NCBI RefSeq assembly: GCF_021869535.1
Contig: NW_026262745.1
Span: 45,694,001 to 45,758,000 of the forward strand
Reading direction: 5' to 3'
Length of the DNA: 64,000 nt
Source: Mytilus californianus
Lineage: Eukaryota
This document shows positions 11,560 through 23,795 of this stretch, in pieces. Position 1 is the first letter of the stretch. Every line of letters starts with the position of its first letter. The notes under the pieces are model-generated. The model saw only the letters and a program-made list of their open reading frames with translations, was not told where the DNA came from and made no database searches. Made by a program: the position numbers and the translations under genes.

Positions 11560-11995
11560 GGCCCATTAACTAAAAAAGCATACTGGTACCTTAATGGTTA
11601 GCTTTGTTGTAGAAATATGGTCACCCAAACTTTTCTCAACCAAATAAACCATACCAAAAAAAGGTGTTCTTTTGGCTTTGTGCAGGAAGTACACAGACAC
11701 AATTGGTTGGAATGGAGATGGGGGATGTCAAACAGGATGCTTCTTGCAGGGGGAGTGCCCATTCACTACATGTTACAGACAATGACAGAGACCAACAATT
11801 GATGGTCTGTTGCAAGGAAATGTTTTGCCCTGATCGAACATACCCTCTGTTACCAGTGGCAGCCTAAATTTCCCACATTTAATTTTGGTCCATGATATCT
11901 ATTTGTTGGATTTTTTAGTTTGTTCTTGTCCTAAATATATATGCAACAATTGTCACTTGATGTTAAGCAAACAGCAATCAATCAATGAATCAATC
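11560..11995 (+). mobile_element. Decayed SINE-like insertion in an intron with a CAAT-type tail
   Basis: GC-richer block ending gatgttaagcaaacagcaatcaatcaatgaatcaat, the same tail style as 10150 and 61420. Confidence 0.4.
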
Positions 11996-12117
11996 CAATC
12001 TAAAAAAAAAAGCATAGTGTTACAAACAGTTTTAACATTTTTATGATAATTCTTTTATAGACAAATTTAATGCATGTGAGTCTTGCATTGTTTCCACTTT
12101 TTTATGTGTTTAAGACT

Positions 12118-12408
12118 AAGAGGAGGGTCGTAATGGGTACCTTCATGACGAATGACGTTAATGGTAATTTTTGGCGCATGATGATAAAATGTACATTTTC
12201 TTTATGATGATAAAAAAATCGACTGATTTTGATGAATCACGTTAAATTCTTTCCAAAAATAAAGGTAACCGATAATGATTTGAGAACTCTGACGAATCAC
12301 GATAAGTATATTTTGATGAATCATGGTAAAATTTTAACCAATTTGATGCTAACATAGTTATAAATGACAGTTTGATGCCTGTCAGTAAAGGTCATTCCTA
12401 CCCTCTAA
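12118..12408. mobile_element. Degenerate MITE with aatcacg/gatgat internal repeats
   Basis: Imperfect inverted ends agggtcgtaatgggtacctt / aaggtcattcctaccct. Confidence 0.4.
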
Positions 12409-13227
12409 GAGGGTCGAAGTAATACATTTACAAATGTAGTGTGTCGCTTAGATCTATTTATCCCTTTATCTTGTCTGACAGGAAAAGGTAGTTGTCATCA
12501 ATTATGATAATTATAAATATCTCTTCTAAGACCATCTGGACAGCTTAAACCATTTAAATGGTATTTGCTGACACCTAACGGTAAACCAATATTGCAAGCT
12601 TCAGTTATTTAACTTTTAAAAAAGTGAATGGGAAGGGGGAAATAGATTTTGTATAGGCAAACACTTCAAAAGTATAGGAAGGAGGCCAATGAAATTGATT
12701 CCCACTGACAAAAAAGGAGTTTTGTGAAATTGGATAAAAAAAATTTGATTAAAACTTTTGTGGTTTATGAAAATGTCATTACGGTAGTTCATGGGATTTA
12801 AAAATTATGATTTTTTAAATAAATACATTATATCTAAAAGTAAAACATGTACTTTGTGGTTAATTTCATATCTGCTTGTACCACAATTCCAAAAAATATT
12901 GATAGCCCATAAACATACATGCATTTGTTTGCATCAGTATAAATTATTTGCTTCTTTGCCTCACACAAATAAATATACCAGCGGGTCTTTTGCTGACATA
13001 TTAGTTTTTTTTTTAATTAATAAAAATCATAAATTGCAAAAAGTACATTGTAATTACTAACCATGAAACAGCTATTTAAACTTTTTAAAAAAGGAAAGCT
13101 TTTTATTTTTGATGCAACAGAAATTGTCCATTTACCAGTTTCTTTTCTTGTTCATAGAACGTTTAACAAAAAAGTATCTAAAATGTAGAATTGTTTCTAA
13201 CGGTGTAGAATTGTATAATTTTCTTAC

Positions 13228-13521
13228 TTGATATTGTCAGATTCTTACTTGATATCATTAGATTTTTACTTGATATTGTTAGATTCTTACTTGATATTGC
13301 TAGATTCTTACTTGATATTGTTAGATTCTTATGTGATATTGTTAGATTCTTACTCGATATTGTCAGATTCTTACTTGATATTGTCAGATTCTAACTTGAT
13401 ATCATTAGATTTTTACTTGATATTGTTAGATTCTTACTTGATATTGCTAGATTCTTACTTGATATTGTTAGATTCTTATGTGATATTGTTAGATTCTTAC
13501 TCGATATTGTCAGATTCTTAC
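13228..13521. repeat. 21-bp minisatellite organised as two 147-bp (7 x 21) higher-order units
   Basis: Unit ttgatattgttagattcttac. The variant order in 13228-13374 is repeated in 13375-13521. Confidence 0.9.
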
Positions 13522-13584
13522 ATGATAATGTTAGATATTTATAATCTTGTTTCAAACTGTAGTGAAATTTATTTTTAATTCAAG

Positions 13585-13884
13585 ATGACGAGGAAAGTTT
13601 AGATGAAGAGGATGATGATTTTCACTTTGCATCAGATCAACCTTTGCAACCAGTAACACCAACCAGACCAGCACCTTCAAGTACCTTCCAGTTTTCAACT
13701 GGTCCACAGGAACCTCGATATCATCCAGCCCAGCCTCTCCAACCAATACATCCTGTACAGCCATTCGGGTTCTCACATCAGTCCAGACCTGCTCCAATCC
13801 AACCTAGACCTGAATACATAGAGATACATAAAACACCTAAAGAGCTGACACCTGATAAATACCTACAGGAATCAGAGGTTACAT
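13585..13884 (+). CDS. STAND-ankyrin gene, coding exon 2 (acidic DDEESLDEEDDDF then Pro/Gln-rich linker)
   Basis: Acceptor ttttaattcaag|13585 in phase 1, open frame matching ORF 13644-13889. Donor T|gttagt at 13885 (phase 1) or GAG|gttaca at 13878 (phase 0). Confidence 0.75.
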
Positions 13885-14050
13885 GTTAGTATTTACTATA
13901 CATTCAGAAATTATTGCATCATGCGTAAAAGTATAACAGGATTTACCCTAAAAATTGAACTGTAACAACAGACCAAACCAACAACCAACACCCAACTTCC
14001 CTAAACAATATACATACAAGCAAATACTAACAACACATATGGAAGAGTAA

Positions 14051-14759
14051 AGGCGTAGGTTCAATAAGGCCCTAAAATGGTCCCTATTTCTTGCTAACAT
14101 TTCAAATTAGGAGTTATTGACCAATATAACAGTGAATCATTGTTTTTAAACAATGACTAGATAGGAAATATACCTTTTTGTTGAAAATTTACATTTTAGC
14201 ATTCTTTTCATGAAGTCACAAATAGCACACATTTTGATTTTCCACGAAAATTTAAGAAAACTGGTAAATTTCCATTGATTTTTTTTGACTGGAAACATAA
14301 AAGCGCATGCATCTACAAGAAAGATCTTTTAACATAATGTTGGTTTTAAAATTTTACATATCTGATTTTTATATTCAGTTTGTTGAAGTCTGCGGTCAAA
14401 TTTCAACAAAATCTATATTTGGCCTATTTTGGTTGTAAATCTTAATGCTTTATAAGAAAACCTTCACAAAAATAGTTCTATTTCACTTTCTTATTTGTCT
14501 TTTCAATAAATTGAAACATTTTTTATCTTCAAACAAAGTACCTAATATTCAGGGCTAAATATGGCGCTTTTCACAAAACTGTTCTTGGTTTTTTTTTTAC
14601 CTTTATTATCTTTGGAACAACTGCTGATTAACTATGTATACATAGACTTTTGAATGAAAACGTTGGGTCAAACCATGTTTTACACATTCTCATTGTTTGT
14701 CTGGGACTATGTAACAGTTGAATGAAAACAGAAAACAAGACAAATATATTAAGTACTCT
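14051..14759. mobile_element. Possible old Kolobok-like (TTAA-target) non-autonomous element filling most of the last intron
   Basis: Left gtaa-aggcgtag, right gtactct-ttaa. The TIR is short and degenerate. Confidence 0.35.
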
Positions 14760-14776
14760 TTAAATGTCTTTTGCAG

Positions 14777-17283
14777 TGTGGAATAACTTCTTCCAGACAA
14801 CACCAATGAATCCAGAAGAAATGTATTATGAGCGTTATTATTACAATAAAGCAAGAAAGACACTATGGTATAACGGATATGTAACTATAGTTGGTTTCTG
14901 TGGTGATGGCAAGTCATCCATGGCAGAACATCTCATGATCAGCTTTATCATGAAGCCTAAAGCTTTAAAATGGGGCTCACATGCAGGGACTGAAAGAGAA
15001 TTTAAAGAAAACAGCATTCCAGAAAGTAAAAGAGAATTGTACGAATGTATCTATGTAAATTCTCCTGAGGAATGGTACATGAAAGTTGATCGAAACAAGA
15101 AGCAGGTGATCATCGTTGATGATATATTTGGTGAAGCAGCTACGAGTATGCATAAGATAGAACCCTGGATTCCTCATCTAGACACCATGGTTCAAACAGC
15201 CATTGACAATAAACCAAATCTTCTTCTCATTACAACATGTCACAAACATCAGTTTGATAAACTGCCATCTTACGTCACGAGAAAAAGAATCTTTTCCACA
15301 AACCATCTCATAGATCTCACTGCTCCTAAACCTGGCTATTCTGATCAAGGATCTGTCATTGAGAAAATCTGTGAATATTATGACTTTAAAATGGGATTCC
15401 GTGATAGAGACGAACTACAGTATGAACAAGTGAAGGAGGGCTTTCCAATCAAATGCAGACTTTTTGCTGCTGTGAAGAGTTTCCATATGGAGGGCAAACA
15501 ATATTTTGCCAATCCTAGTAGAGCATTTGAGAATGTTATCCAGAAGGTGTATAATTTTGATAAAATTATATTCTACACTTTAGCTGTTGCTGTTTTGTTT
15601 GATGGTAAACTTGATCTTGATAAAGAAGTATTTGAACAATACACAGACAGGGAACAAAAGATTTTCAGAGAACTGATAGAGCCTTTAGAAGTTTCACGAG
15701 AGGTAAATCTTGGGAAAATGAGGTTTGCAGCAACTCTACTGAATGGGGTATTCTTTATTCCAAAACAACTTCATTGCTGGGTTTTCTGCCATGAACATGT
15801 CATGCATCTTGTAGCTGAATCAATCAACCGTAAAATTCCAAAGAAAATTGTTGAACTTTGTTCACATGACTTTTTAATGGAGAGATTAAGAACGGGAAAT
15901 TATTTTGGTGGTAAAATGGAGTCATACATCACTGTATGGCCAAAAGAACATTCACAACTCGCACAACGTTTTGTATTTGAGATCCTGTCTGGAAATGTCA
16001 GGTTAATTGCTTCTCATTCTGCATTGAACAATGAAAAATGTTCAAAGGATTTCTTTGAATTTATGGGCGAGATGGGAAGTTTGTTACCAGTCATACAACA
16101 GAAAGGTCCATTTAATAGATCTTTATTTTTCTGGGCAGCATTCTATGGGCAAGAAGCTACGGTGAGGCAATATCTCACGAATGAAGAATTGAAAGAATTT
16201 AAAGAAGAACAATGGTTCCAGGATGAACTTCAAGCTGCATTGTTTGCAGTTTGCTATGGAATTACCATTTCCCATGGAAAAATGGTAAAGCTGCTCCTAG
16301 AGGAAGGAGCACCACTGACCTCAACTGAAAATCTTGCAGACGATGAGTTTAAAGAGTTGTATGGAGATGATTTACTTGATTTGATGAAGTTGAAACCAAC
16401 ATTGATGCATATTGCTGCTCAATTTGGTTCTGGAGAAACAATCAAAACTTTAAAACAGAAAGGACTGGATATCAATGCAGCACTAGAGGATGGATACACA
16501 CCAATGCATCTGGCAGTGAGAAATACTGATGATGGTGCAGCTAGAGCACTGATGGACCTAAAGTGTGATTTAGAGGCGGAAACTTCTAACGGACATAAAC
16601 CTATACATGAAGCTTTACTGGCGGGTAAAGAAAGCATAATCAGACAACTTCACTACAATGACAAAGACAGGTTGAATAAAACTACAATGGAAGGTAGCAG
16701 ATCACTCTTACATGCAGCAGCATGCACTGGAGATAAACAGATTGTTACTCTAGTCCAAGGATTGGGAACAGGTTGCAGGGGTAACAGCGTCTTTGATCCT
16801 TGGTCACCACTAGCAGAAGCAGCAGCACAAGGAGATTTAGAAACCGTAAGATATCTGGTTGAAAATAATGCAGAGGTTAATCAGTCTGGTATATCTGGAT
16901 GGACGGCACTGCATTTTGCAACACTGTTTTACCATGAAGATATCGTTAATTTCTTGTTGAGCAAAGGGGCAGATGTAAATTCAACAACATCAACAAAAAT
17001 ATCCCCACTTCATCTTGCAGCTGAAAATGGATACTCTGAACTATGTCATATCCTTTTGGATAAGGGTGCAAAACCTGAGATGTTGACAAGCCAAGGGGAA
17101 TTTGCTCTCACATTAGCAGCAAAGAATGGACATTTTCATTTGCTGCAGTTTTTCTTGGATGAAGGCATAGAACTACCTCTACCACAAGAAAGGGAAATAA
17201 CACAAAGTCAGAAAGATGAAATTTTAATAGCGATAATGCAAAGGGCAGGTCCTGAGTACAAGCACAGATATATGTTCATGTAG
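14777..17283 (+). CDS. STAND-ankyrin gene, terminal exon: nSTAND3-type P-loop NTPase plus ~10 ankyrin repeats
   Basis: Walker A GFCGDGKS (14893-14916) preceded by the typical YNKARKTL..NGYVTIVG segment. Walker B QVIIVDDIFG (15103-15132), LLLITTC strand, helical/WH-like region, then ankyrin units (TLMHIAAQFG, TPMHLAVRN, SPLAEAAAQGDLETVRYLVENNAEVN, TALHFATLFY, SPLHLAAENG, FALTLAAKNG). Acceptor ttttgcag|14777 (or ttccag|14797), TAG at 17281-17283. Confidence 0.92.
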
Positions 17284-17462
17284 CAAGAATCTTTATATTA
17301 TATTACTCAAACTTTTACTTTATAAATCAACTATTATTGTTTGCTTTGCTGTAATACTAAAAGGTGAATCAAGTAAATAACTAGATATACGTGTGAAATG
17401 TGGATTTATTACCAAGGTAGATTGAGCCAAAACAGAATGGTTTCACTTAAGTTTAATGTTAA

Positions 17463-18070
17463 GGGCATACGATACAGTTACAGAGGCGGTAATGAAGTTG
17501 CTAACGTAAAATTTAATTTTTCGCTACGTCAAACTGTGACATATTGGAAAAAGATGTATTTTTCGACTGATTTTAACCATTAGCTTGAAAGCGAGAACAT
17601 GGACATCTCTTTTTAAAAATGACATTTAGCTTGATTATGTACGAAGATTATATGTACCATTATTTATAAACAAATCACCGATGAATTTTTCAAAAATTAG
17701 ATAAATATACAGCTAAAAATGCTGTTTTAATTCTAAAATCATGAAAATTTAAGAAAAATTTAATTATTTCCAAAGAGTTTTTACACAAACGTTGAGCACA
17801 CTTGTAAAGAAGATATTCCAAATGCTTTTACAAAATCCGGTTGTGGTTATCTTTTGAAACAAAAAAGTTAGGTATGTCAGTCCAAAGGATAGAAATTTCC
17901 AAGAAATCGAAGGTTAGAGTAAATGTCTATAATTTCGACCACGTTTATCTCTAAAAGTAGCCCATGGAGGTATATATTTTAAAAATATTTATATTGACTA
18001 GGTGAAAAATAGCTTGTATGCAAATTTAAAAAAAAAAATCACTGTGGGATCAAAATTGTATCATATGCCC
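17463..18070. mobile_element. Kolobok-like MITE (GGG terminus, TTAA target)
   Basis: ttaa|gggcatacgatacagtt ... aattgtatcatatgccc|tcaa: ~17-bp TIR with TTAA/TCAA flanks. Purine-purine terminus plus TTAA fits Kolobok rather than piggyBac. Confidence 0.7.
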
Positions 18071-18862
18071 TCAAGGTTTGTTGATCAATCTTATAATGAT
18101 AATGGTAAGCTGGTTGTTCAGTTATTAGCATAGGTATGAATCTTTATTTTACCTTGAAGAAAAAAGACTTTATCTTCTTGATACACACTGGAGGTTGAAG
18201 CCATATTTTAAACATTGGAAAAATGACAATACAAACCATAAATGAAAGAAGAAAATAATAAACAAACAAGAACAGAAAGCAAAAGAATAAGCACCCACTA
18301 AGAACTTGGTCTTCTTAAAGAAAATATTGTGAGTATTAGCATATATACGGTCACCATTTGGGTACAATGAATGACATCTTGATTTAAAAGATTGATGTCA
18401 ACAATTGTTACATATTCTTAATGACAAGGCCAATGTTCACATGTAAAAAGTACTTGTAATCACCATTGAAATTTCCATTTGTGTGTCTGCTCGTCCCAAA
18501 AAAATAATTTCTTGATAATAGCATTTATAAATACATTGTACTATGACGATAAGGAAATGTAGTATGAATGCCAATGAGACAAGTATAAATCATGCCAATA
18601 CCCAAAAGACAAGGATGTAAACATTGAACTACTGGTCACTGTACAGCCTCCACACTGAGTAAAACCCATACTATAAAGTAAGCTAAAAAGATACGAGCGA
18701 GCAATAACAAAATGTTGAACATTTCAAAAGAGAAAAGTAAGAACCAGAGTTAAGCTGAACACATTATACAGAAAACAAGTATGACATGGAAACCAATGAC
18801 AACTACTTGACTACATACTACTGGATTCTGACAGGCACTTGAAGAATGCTGGTGGGATTAAT

Positions 18863-19075
18863 AGATATAAGAAGATGTGGTATGAGTGCCAATGAGACAA
18901 CTCTCCATCCAAGTCAAAATTCATAAAAGTAAACCATTATAGGTCAAAGTACGGTCTTCAACACGGAGCCTTGGCTCACACCGAACAGCAAGCTATAAAG
19001 GGCCCCACAAATTACTAGTGTAAAACCATTCAAACGGGAAATCCAACGGTCTAATCTATATAAAAAACGAGAAAA
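18863..19075 (-). mobile_element. SINE 3' portion, young copy
   Basis: Near-identical to 43463-43652 over ~150 bp. Confidence 0.75.
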
Positions 19076-19659
19076 CATGTTTGTGAATATTCAACTACCC
19101 CCTACCCATGCCAGTGGTGTAACAGCACAATATATGAACAAAAAAGTAAAAACAAAGTATGTAAAATCAGTAAGCTTTGATGGATGGATTTCACCAGTTA
19201 TTTATAAAACCCTATCCAAGAAGAGGACACCTTACTGCAATATCAACTCGACTCTGTACATGCTGTATGAGAGGTACCTGCTAAGCAAGATCTTAAAACA
19301 AACTTGCTCTAAAGGTTACAATATACAGAAAGACATCATTTTACCTTTGTAGGATATATTGTCTGAAGTCTGACCAATCTTACTTAGCGCTTGCTCCTGT
19401 ATGTCAAAAAGCAGCAATTACTTACCTTTGAAGTCTTTGACTTGACCCGACCTAGGATCAAACCTATTGCCAGTCTTGAGATAAACGCAGGCAGTTAGTT
19501 TATTTTTTACTTCCTTTTGCATTGAATAAGTCTTGGTTATGGAGGAAATATTTCATAATCACATTATTCAAATAAATAGCAATGTTCAGCATAGTTGCCA
19601 TTTGTATGAAAGAGGGTTTTCACTAAACAATTATGCATTTTTTTTAAATGAGATAGCTT

Positions 19660-20550
19660 CAATATCTGATACTTCTGTTCAACGTAACTTATAAAAAGCC
19701 ATTTATTAGTGATGTCCCATAATATTAAGCCATTGACTTCATTTTCATGCTACAGTGATAAGTTCAGTTTTCAGGATGATGTCCTTTCCCCTTTTATTAT
19801 ACACAAGGGTCAAATATTTAGTTGTGAGGATATATATCATGTGGCCTTGATCTCATTTTCATGCTCCAGTGGTCAGTTAAGTATCTTTAATTAGTTACCT
19901 CAACGTAACTTATAAAAAAGCCATTTGTTAGTGATGTCCCATAATATTAACCCAGACCTCATTTTCATGGCTACATGTGATAAGTTCAGTTTTCAGGATG
20001 ATGTCCTTTCATCTTTTATTATACACAAGGGTCAAAGATTTAGTTGTGAGAATATATGTCATATGGCCTTGGTCTCATTTTCATGCTCCATTGGTCAGTT
20101 AAGTACTAGTATCTTTTATTAGATACCTCAACGTAACTTATAAAAAAAGCCAATTGTTAGTGATGTCCTATAATATGCCGGAAGCCATTGACCTCATTTT
20201 CATTGCTACAGTGATTAAGTTCAGGTTCTTTTGTTATGCACGAAGGATCAAAGATTTAGCTGTGAGGATATATGACATGGCCTTGATCTCATTTTAAAGC
20301 TCCAGTGGTCAATTAAATATCTATTATTAGATACCTCAACGTACCTTTTAAAAAGGCCATTTGATAGTGATGTCCCATAGTATTAAGCCATTGACCCCAT
20401 TTTCATGCTACAGTGATTAAGTTCATTTTTCAGGATGAGGTCTTTTCCTCTTTTGTTATACACGAAGGGTCATACATGGGTCAAAGATAATTTGTTATGA
20501 GGATATATATCTCATTTTCATGCTCCAGTTGCCAGTTAAGTATTTATTAT
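19660..20550 (+). repeat. Four ~220-bp tandem units derived from a HINE core, with degenerate continuation to ~21200
   Basis: caacgtaact starts at 19680, 19901, 20129, 20337. Each unit carries two tgacctcattttcatg-like motifs, the reverse complement of the 147-bp core motif at 3087-3990. Confidence 0.75.
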
Positions 20551-22847
20551 TAGATTTGTTCCATAGTAGCTTTACACGCGGAGAGGTCAACCGTATTTGG
20601 AATCTAGATTGGTTGTGAAAAGTATATGCCAGTCTGACACTTATTTCATATGGCTTCGACCTCATGTTCATACTCTAGTGGTAAGTTCAGAATTCTTGAT
20701 GAAGTTTGTTCCTTAATAACTGTCCATGACAGATCAACCGTTTTTTTTCGTATCTTGATTGGTTGTGAGAGATATATTACAGTCTGACGCATTCCTATGG
20801 CCTTGACTTCACTTTCACGTTAAAGCGGATTGGTTAAATTTTCAGAATTATGTCTGTTCTACGAAGACAATAAAACACAAGTAAATAAAATTTTTGTATG
20901 TGAATTGTTGAGTAGGAGGATGTATCCGTCTGACACAATTTTGTCAAATGATCTTCCTTTTATTTGACGCTCAGTGGTAAGCAATAAGTATATTTTCCTG
21001 TGTATCTATATGAAAATGGCGTGAATTTATCTTTAGAAATATGTTTGCCAAACTTATGACCTTGACCGCATTTTTGTTCCATTTGGTGATGTTATAGTGT
21101 ATTTATTATTAGGATTGTATCTCAGAAATTCTAAGTGATAGATTTTTTTTTTGGTGTATGTGAAAAGCATGCGCAGTCCTTTACAATAATTTGATTATGC
21201 TGCAGATCATTTATGTATTACTAAGTGACTACTTGTGATGATATATATGTATTTAAATTGTGAAATTCCTTAAAATTCATATTACTTATAACTTATAAAC
21301 TGGGACCATAGACCCGTAGACAGGACGTTTCTTGGGGGGTATTTGGGGTCATGACGCTCTGACTTCAAACTGAAACTTGACTTTATGGTATTTTTGTTTC
21401 CAAGGGGGGAATAAATTAAGAGTGTATATAGTTTTAATCACAAATTTGTTATATTCATTGCACTAAATAATTATATCTTGTTTAAATTGGGGTAAATTTT
21501 ATAAATAGTCCACGTATGCGACAATATGTAATCATCGGATGTCAATGGAATATTGTGTACCTAAAGAAGAAAGAAGAAGGGGAGGGGGTTCCCGAACCCC
21601 TAAGCTACGGGTGTGAATTAATAGTTATGCATGTGTTAGGTCCCAGTGGTAATTGGGGGACCATCATTTGATATTCAGGTTGGGTGGGGATGGAAGACAG
21701 GAGAATGTTTTGCTGATTAAATATTCATTTTCATCTGTTGCTTCGCATTCTTATTTTTTTGCTTTGCCGCGCGATTTTTGTTTTTAAAATTTAATACACA
21801 ATTATTTCCTCAAAAACCTAAAATTAATGGTTCCCTGAATTACAAGTCAAGTGTACATTCTAGTGGTAAAATTAAACAGGGAAAGGAATTGGTAAAAACG
21901 CCCGAAAACCGCCATTAAGTCACTGTTTTATTGGAACTAAAATGTTTTATATGTGTGGCCATGACGGCATGGTCTATATATATAAGTCATCATCTATATT
22001 ATGGAACCCATAAAGTAAAACCTGGAACCCGGCTATAACATAAGGATGGAGACAAAAGCCCAGAGCTCGTGTTTCACGTATCCCACTATTTGCAATTTAC
22101 AATCTCGTAGGAAAATAACAGGGATAAACAAAATAGGATTGCTACAAAAAAATGCTCAAGAAAGTCTCCAAGATGATCGAGCTGGAAATATTTCGGCAGA
22201 TGAGTGTTTGCTGTATAGTTGAAATGGAGAGATTCACATCTTGTAGGAATGAATTGATTATTTTGTTCCGATCGTATAATTTCTATTGCTGAGCATTAAA
22301 GTTTAGTCATTACTCATCGATCTCCCTGATAAACACAGATCTATTAATTGCTTTTTGATTGCTTAACGTCCAATGGCAAATATTTCAATACATGTTCAGA
22401 ACGATGGTTAAACAAAGAAAAGTTTTTGATATACTGCTTTTAAACGTTTAATCAGTGTTTAGTTATGACATTGGAGAATAAGTGCCGATTTATATTGATC
22501 GAGCAGGTGGAGCATATTCTCGTATGACATTTCAATAAAATCAAAATATCGAGAAACGTTTTTAAGTACGATGGCCTCATTAAGTCAGTTTACTGTTCAG
22601 ACTAACACAACGAGCGGTTTAGAGTTTGCCATATAGTATAGGTATGACATGATATTATTAATCGAATATTTTTAAGGATTTGTGATTTGTTAAACTTGAT
22701 CACATGTACTCAGTTTGCACGCCAATACTATTGTATTTAGCTTTTAATAGGTCAAAAACAGCATATTGCACAGGGCATACAGCATGTTACTAAAAATACA
22801 TTCTAGAAATCCCTAATTTTACATTGTTCATGCAATAGTTGTTGATA

Positions 22848-23006
22848 AATAATATAACAATTGTAGCCTTTGGTTCAGGTCAATACGATGTTATATTGAC
22901 CTAGATAAGCATATCGACCTCAGACTTCGTCTTCAGTCAATATGCTTCTCTTCTGTCGATATAACATCGTATCGACCTCATACAAAGGCTATAATTGTAT
23001 ATTATT
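22848..23006. mobile_element. Imperfect ~160-bp palindromic (foldback) mini-element
   Basis: aataatata(a)caattgtagcctttgg..aggtcaatacgatgttatattgac / gtcgatataacatcgtatcgacct..caaaggctataattgtatattatt. Confidence 0.8.
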
Positions 23007-23154
23007 GAAGACTATATGTCACAGTCACCTCTAGATGCCCTTCGTTTATCATTTGTTAGCTGTCTCATTGGTGTTTATCCCATACATCCTTTAAATAAGA
23101 TCCCATTTTTGTGAAGACATTACGGCATTAAAATGCATATAAATATCGGCACTA

Positions 23155-23795
23155 AACACATTTATTTAAAACCAGTTGTTGGCATGACACGGGTTATGTT
23201 CTTCTCATATATGTTATGATGGTATGATACTAAACCCCTAACGGGAAGGATTGTGCCTGATATTCATATGATGAAGACATAATCTTTCAATCAGTTTAAT
23301 TGAAGTCTGGAGCTGGCATGTCAGTTAACTGCTAGTAGTCTGTTGTTATTTATGTATTATTGTCATTTTGTTTATTTTCTTTGGTTACATCTTCTGACAT
23401 CAGACTCGGACTTCTCTTGAACTGAATTTTAATGTGCGTATTGTTATGCGTTTACTTTTCTACATTGGCTAGAGGTATAGGGGGAGGGTTGAGATCTCAT
23501 AAACATGTTTAACCCCGCCGCATTTTTGCGCCTGTCCCAAGTCAGGAGCCTCTAGCCTTTGTCAGTCTTGTATTATTTTTAATTTTAGTTTCTTGTGTAC
23601 AATTTGGAGTTTAGTATGGCGTTCATTATCACTGAACTAGTATATATATTTGTTTGGGGGCCAGCTGAGGGACGCCTCCGGGTGCGGGAGTTTCTCGCTG
23701 CATTGAAGACCTGTTGGTGACCTTCTGCTGTTGTCTGTTTTATGGTCGGGTTGTTGTCTCTTTGACACATTCCCCATTTCCATTCTCAATTTTAT
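23155..23795 (+). mobile_element. High-copy retroposon-like interspersed repeat containing the MetaSINE-like central block
   Basis: aaacatgtttaaccccgccgcatttttgcgcctgtcccaagtcaggagcc is shared with 52560-52620 and (reverse) 47430-47510. 3' end gttgtctctttgacacattccccatttccattctcaatttta. The Meta-domain label is from recall. Confidence 0.55.

Noticed and set aside
13228-13578. 116-aa heptad ORF (ILLDSYL)n resembling a leucine zipper
   Set aside because: It is the translation of the 21-bp intronic minisatellite with a TTG start. It has no splice context, and it lies inside the intron of the STAND gene model.
13552-13797. Antisense ORFs over coding exons (also 14977-15177, 16419-16637, 24327-24515)
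   Set aside because: They are shadows of the real coding frames on the opposite strand.
14764-14776. ATG at 14764 as the start of the 839-aa ORF
   Set aside because: It lies in the polypyrimidine tract of the acceptor (atgtcttttgcag). Phase-compatible upstream exons explain the ORF better.
14777-17283. Bacterial or horizontally transferred origin of the STAND-ankyrin ORF
   Set aside because: It has spliceosomal introns with consistent phases and host-like AT-rich codon usage, and this domain combination is known to be expanded in bivalves.
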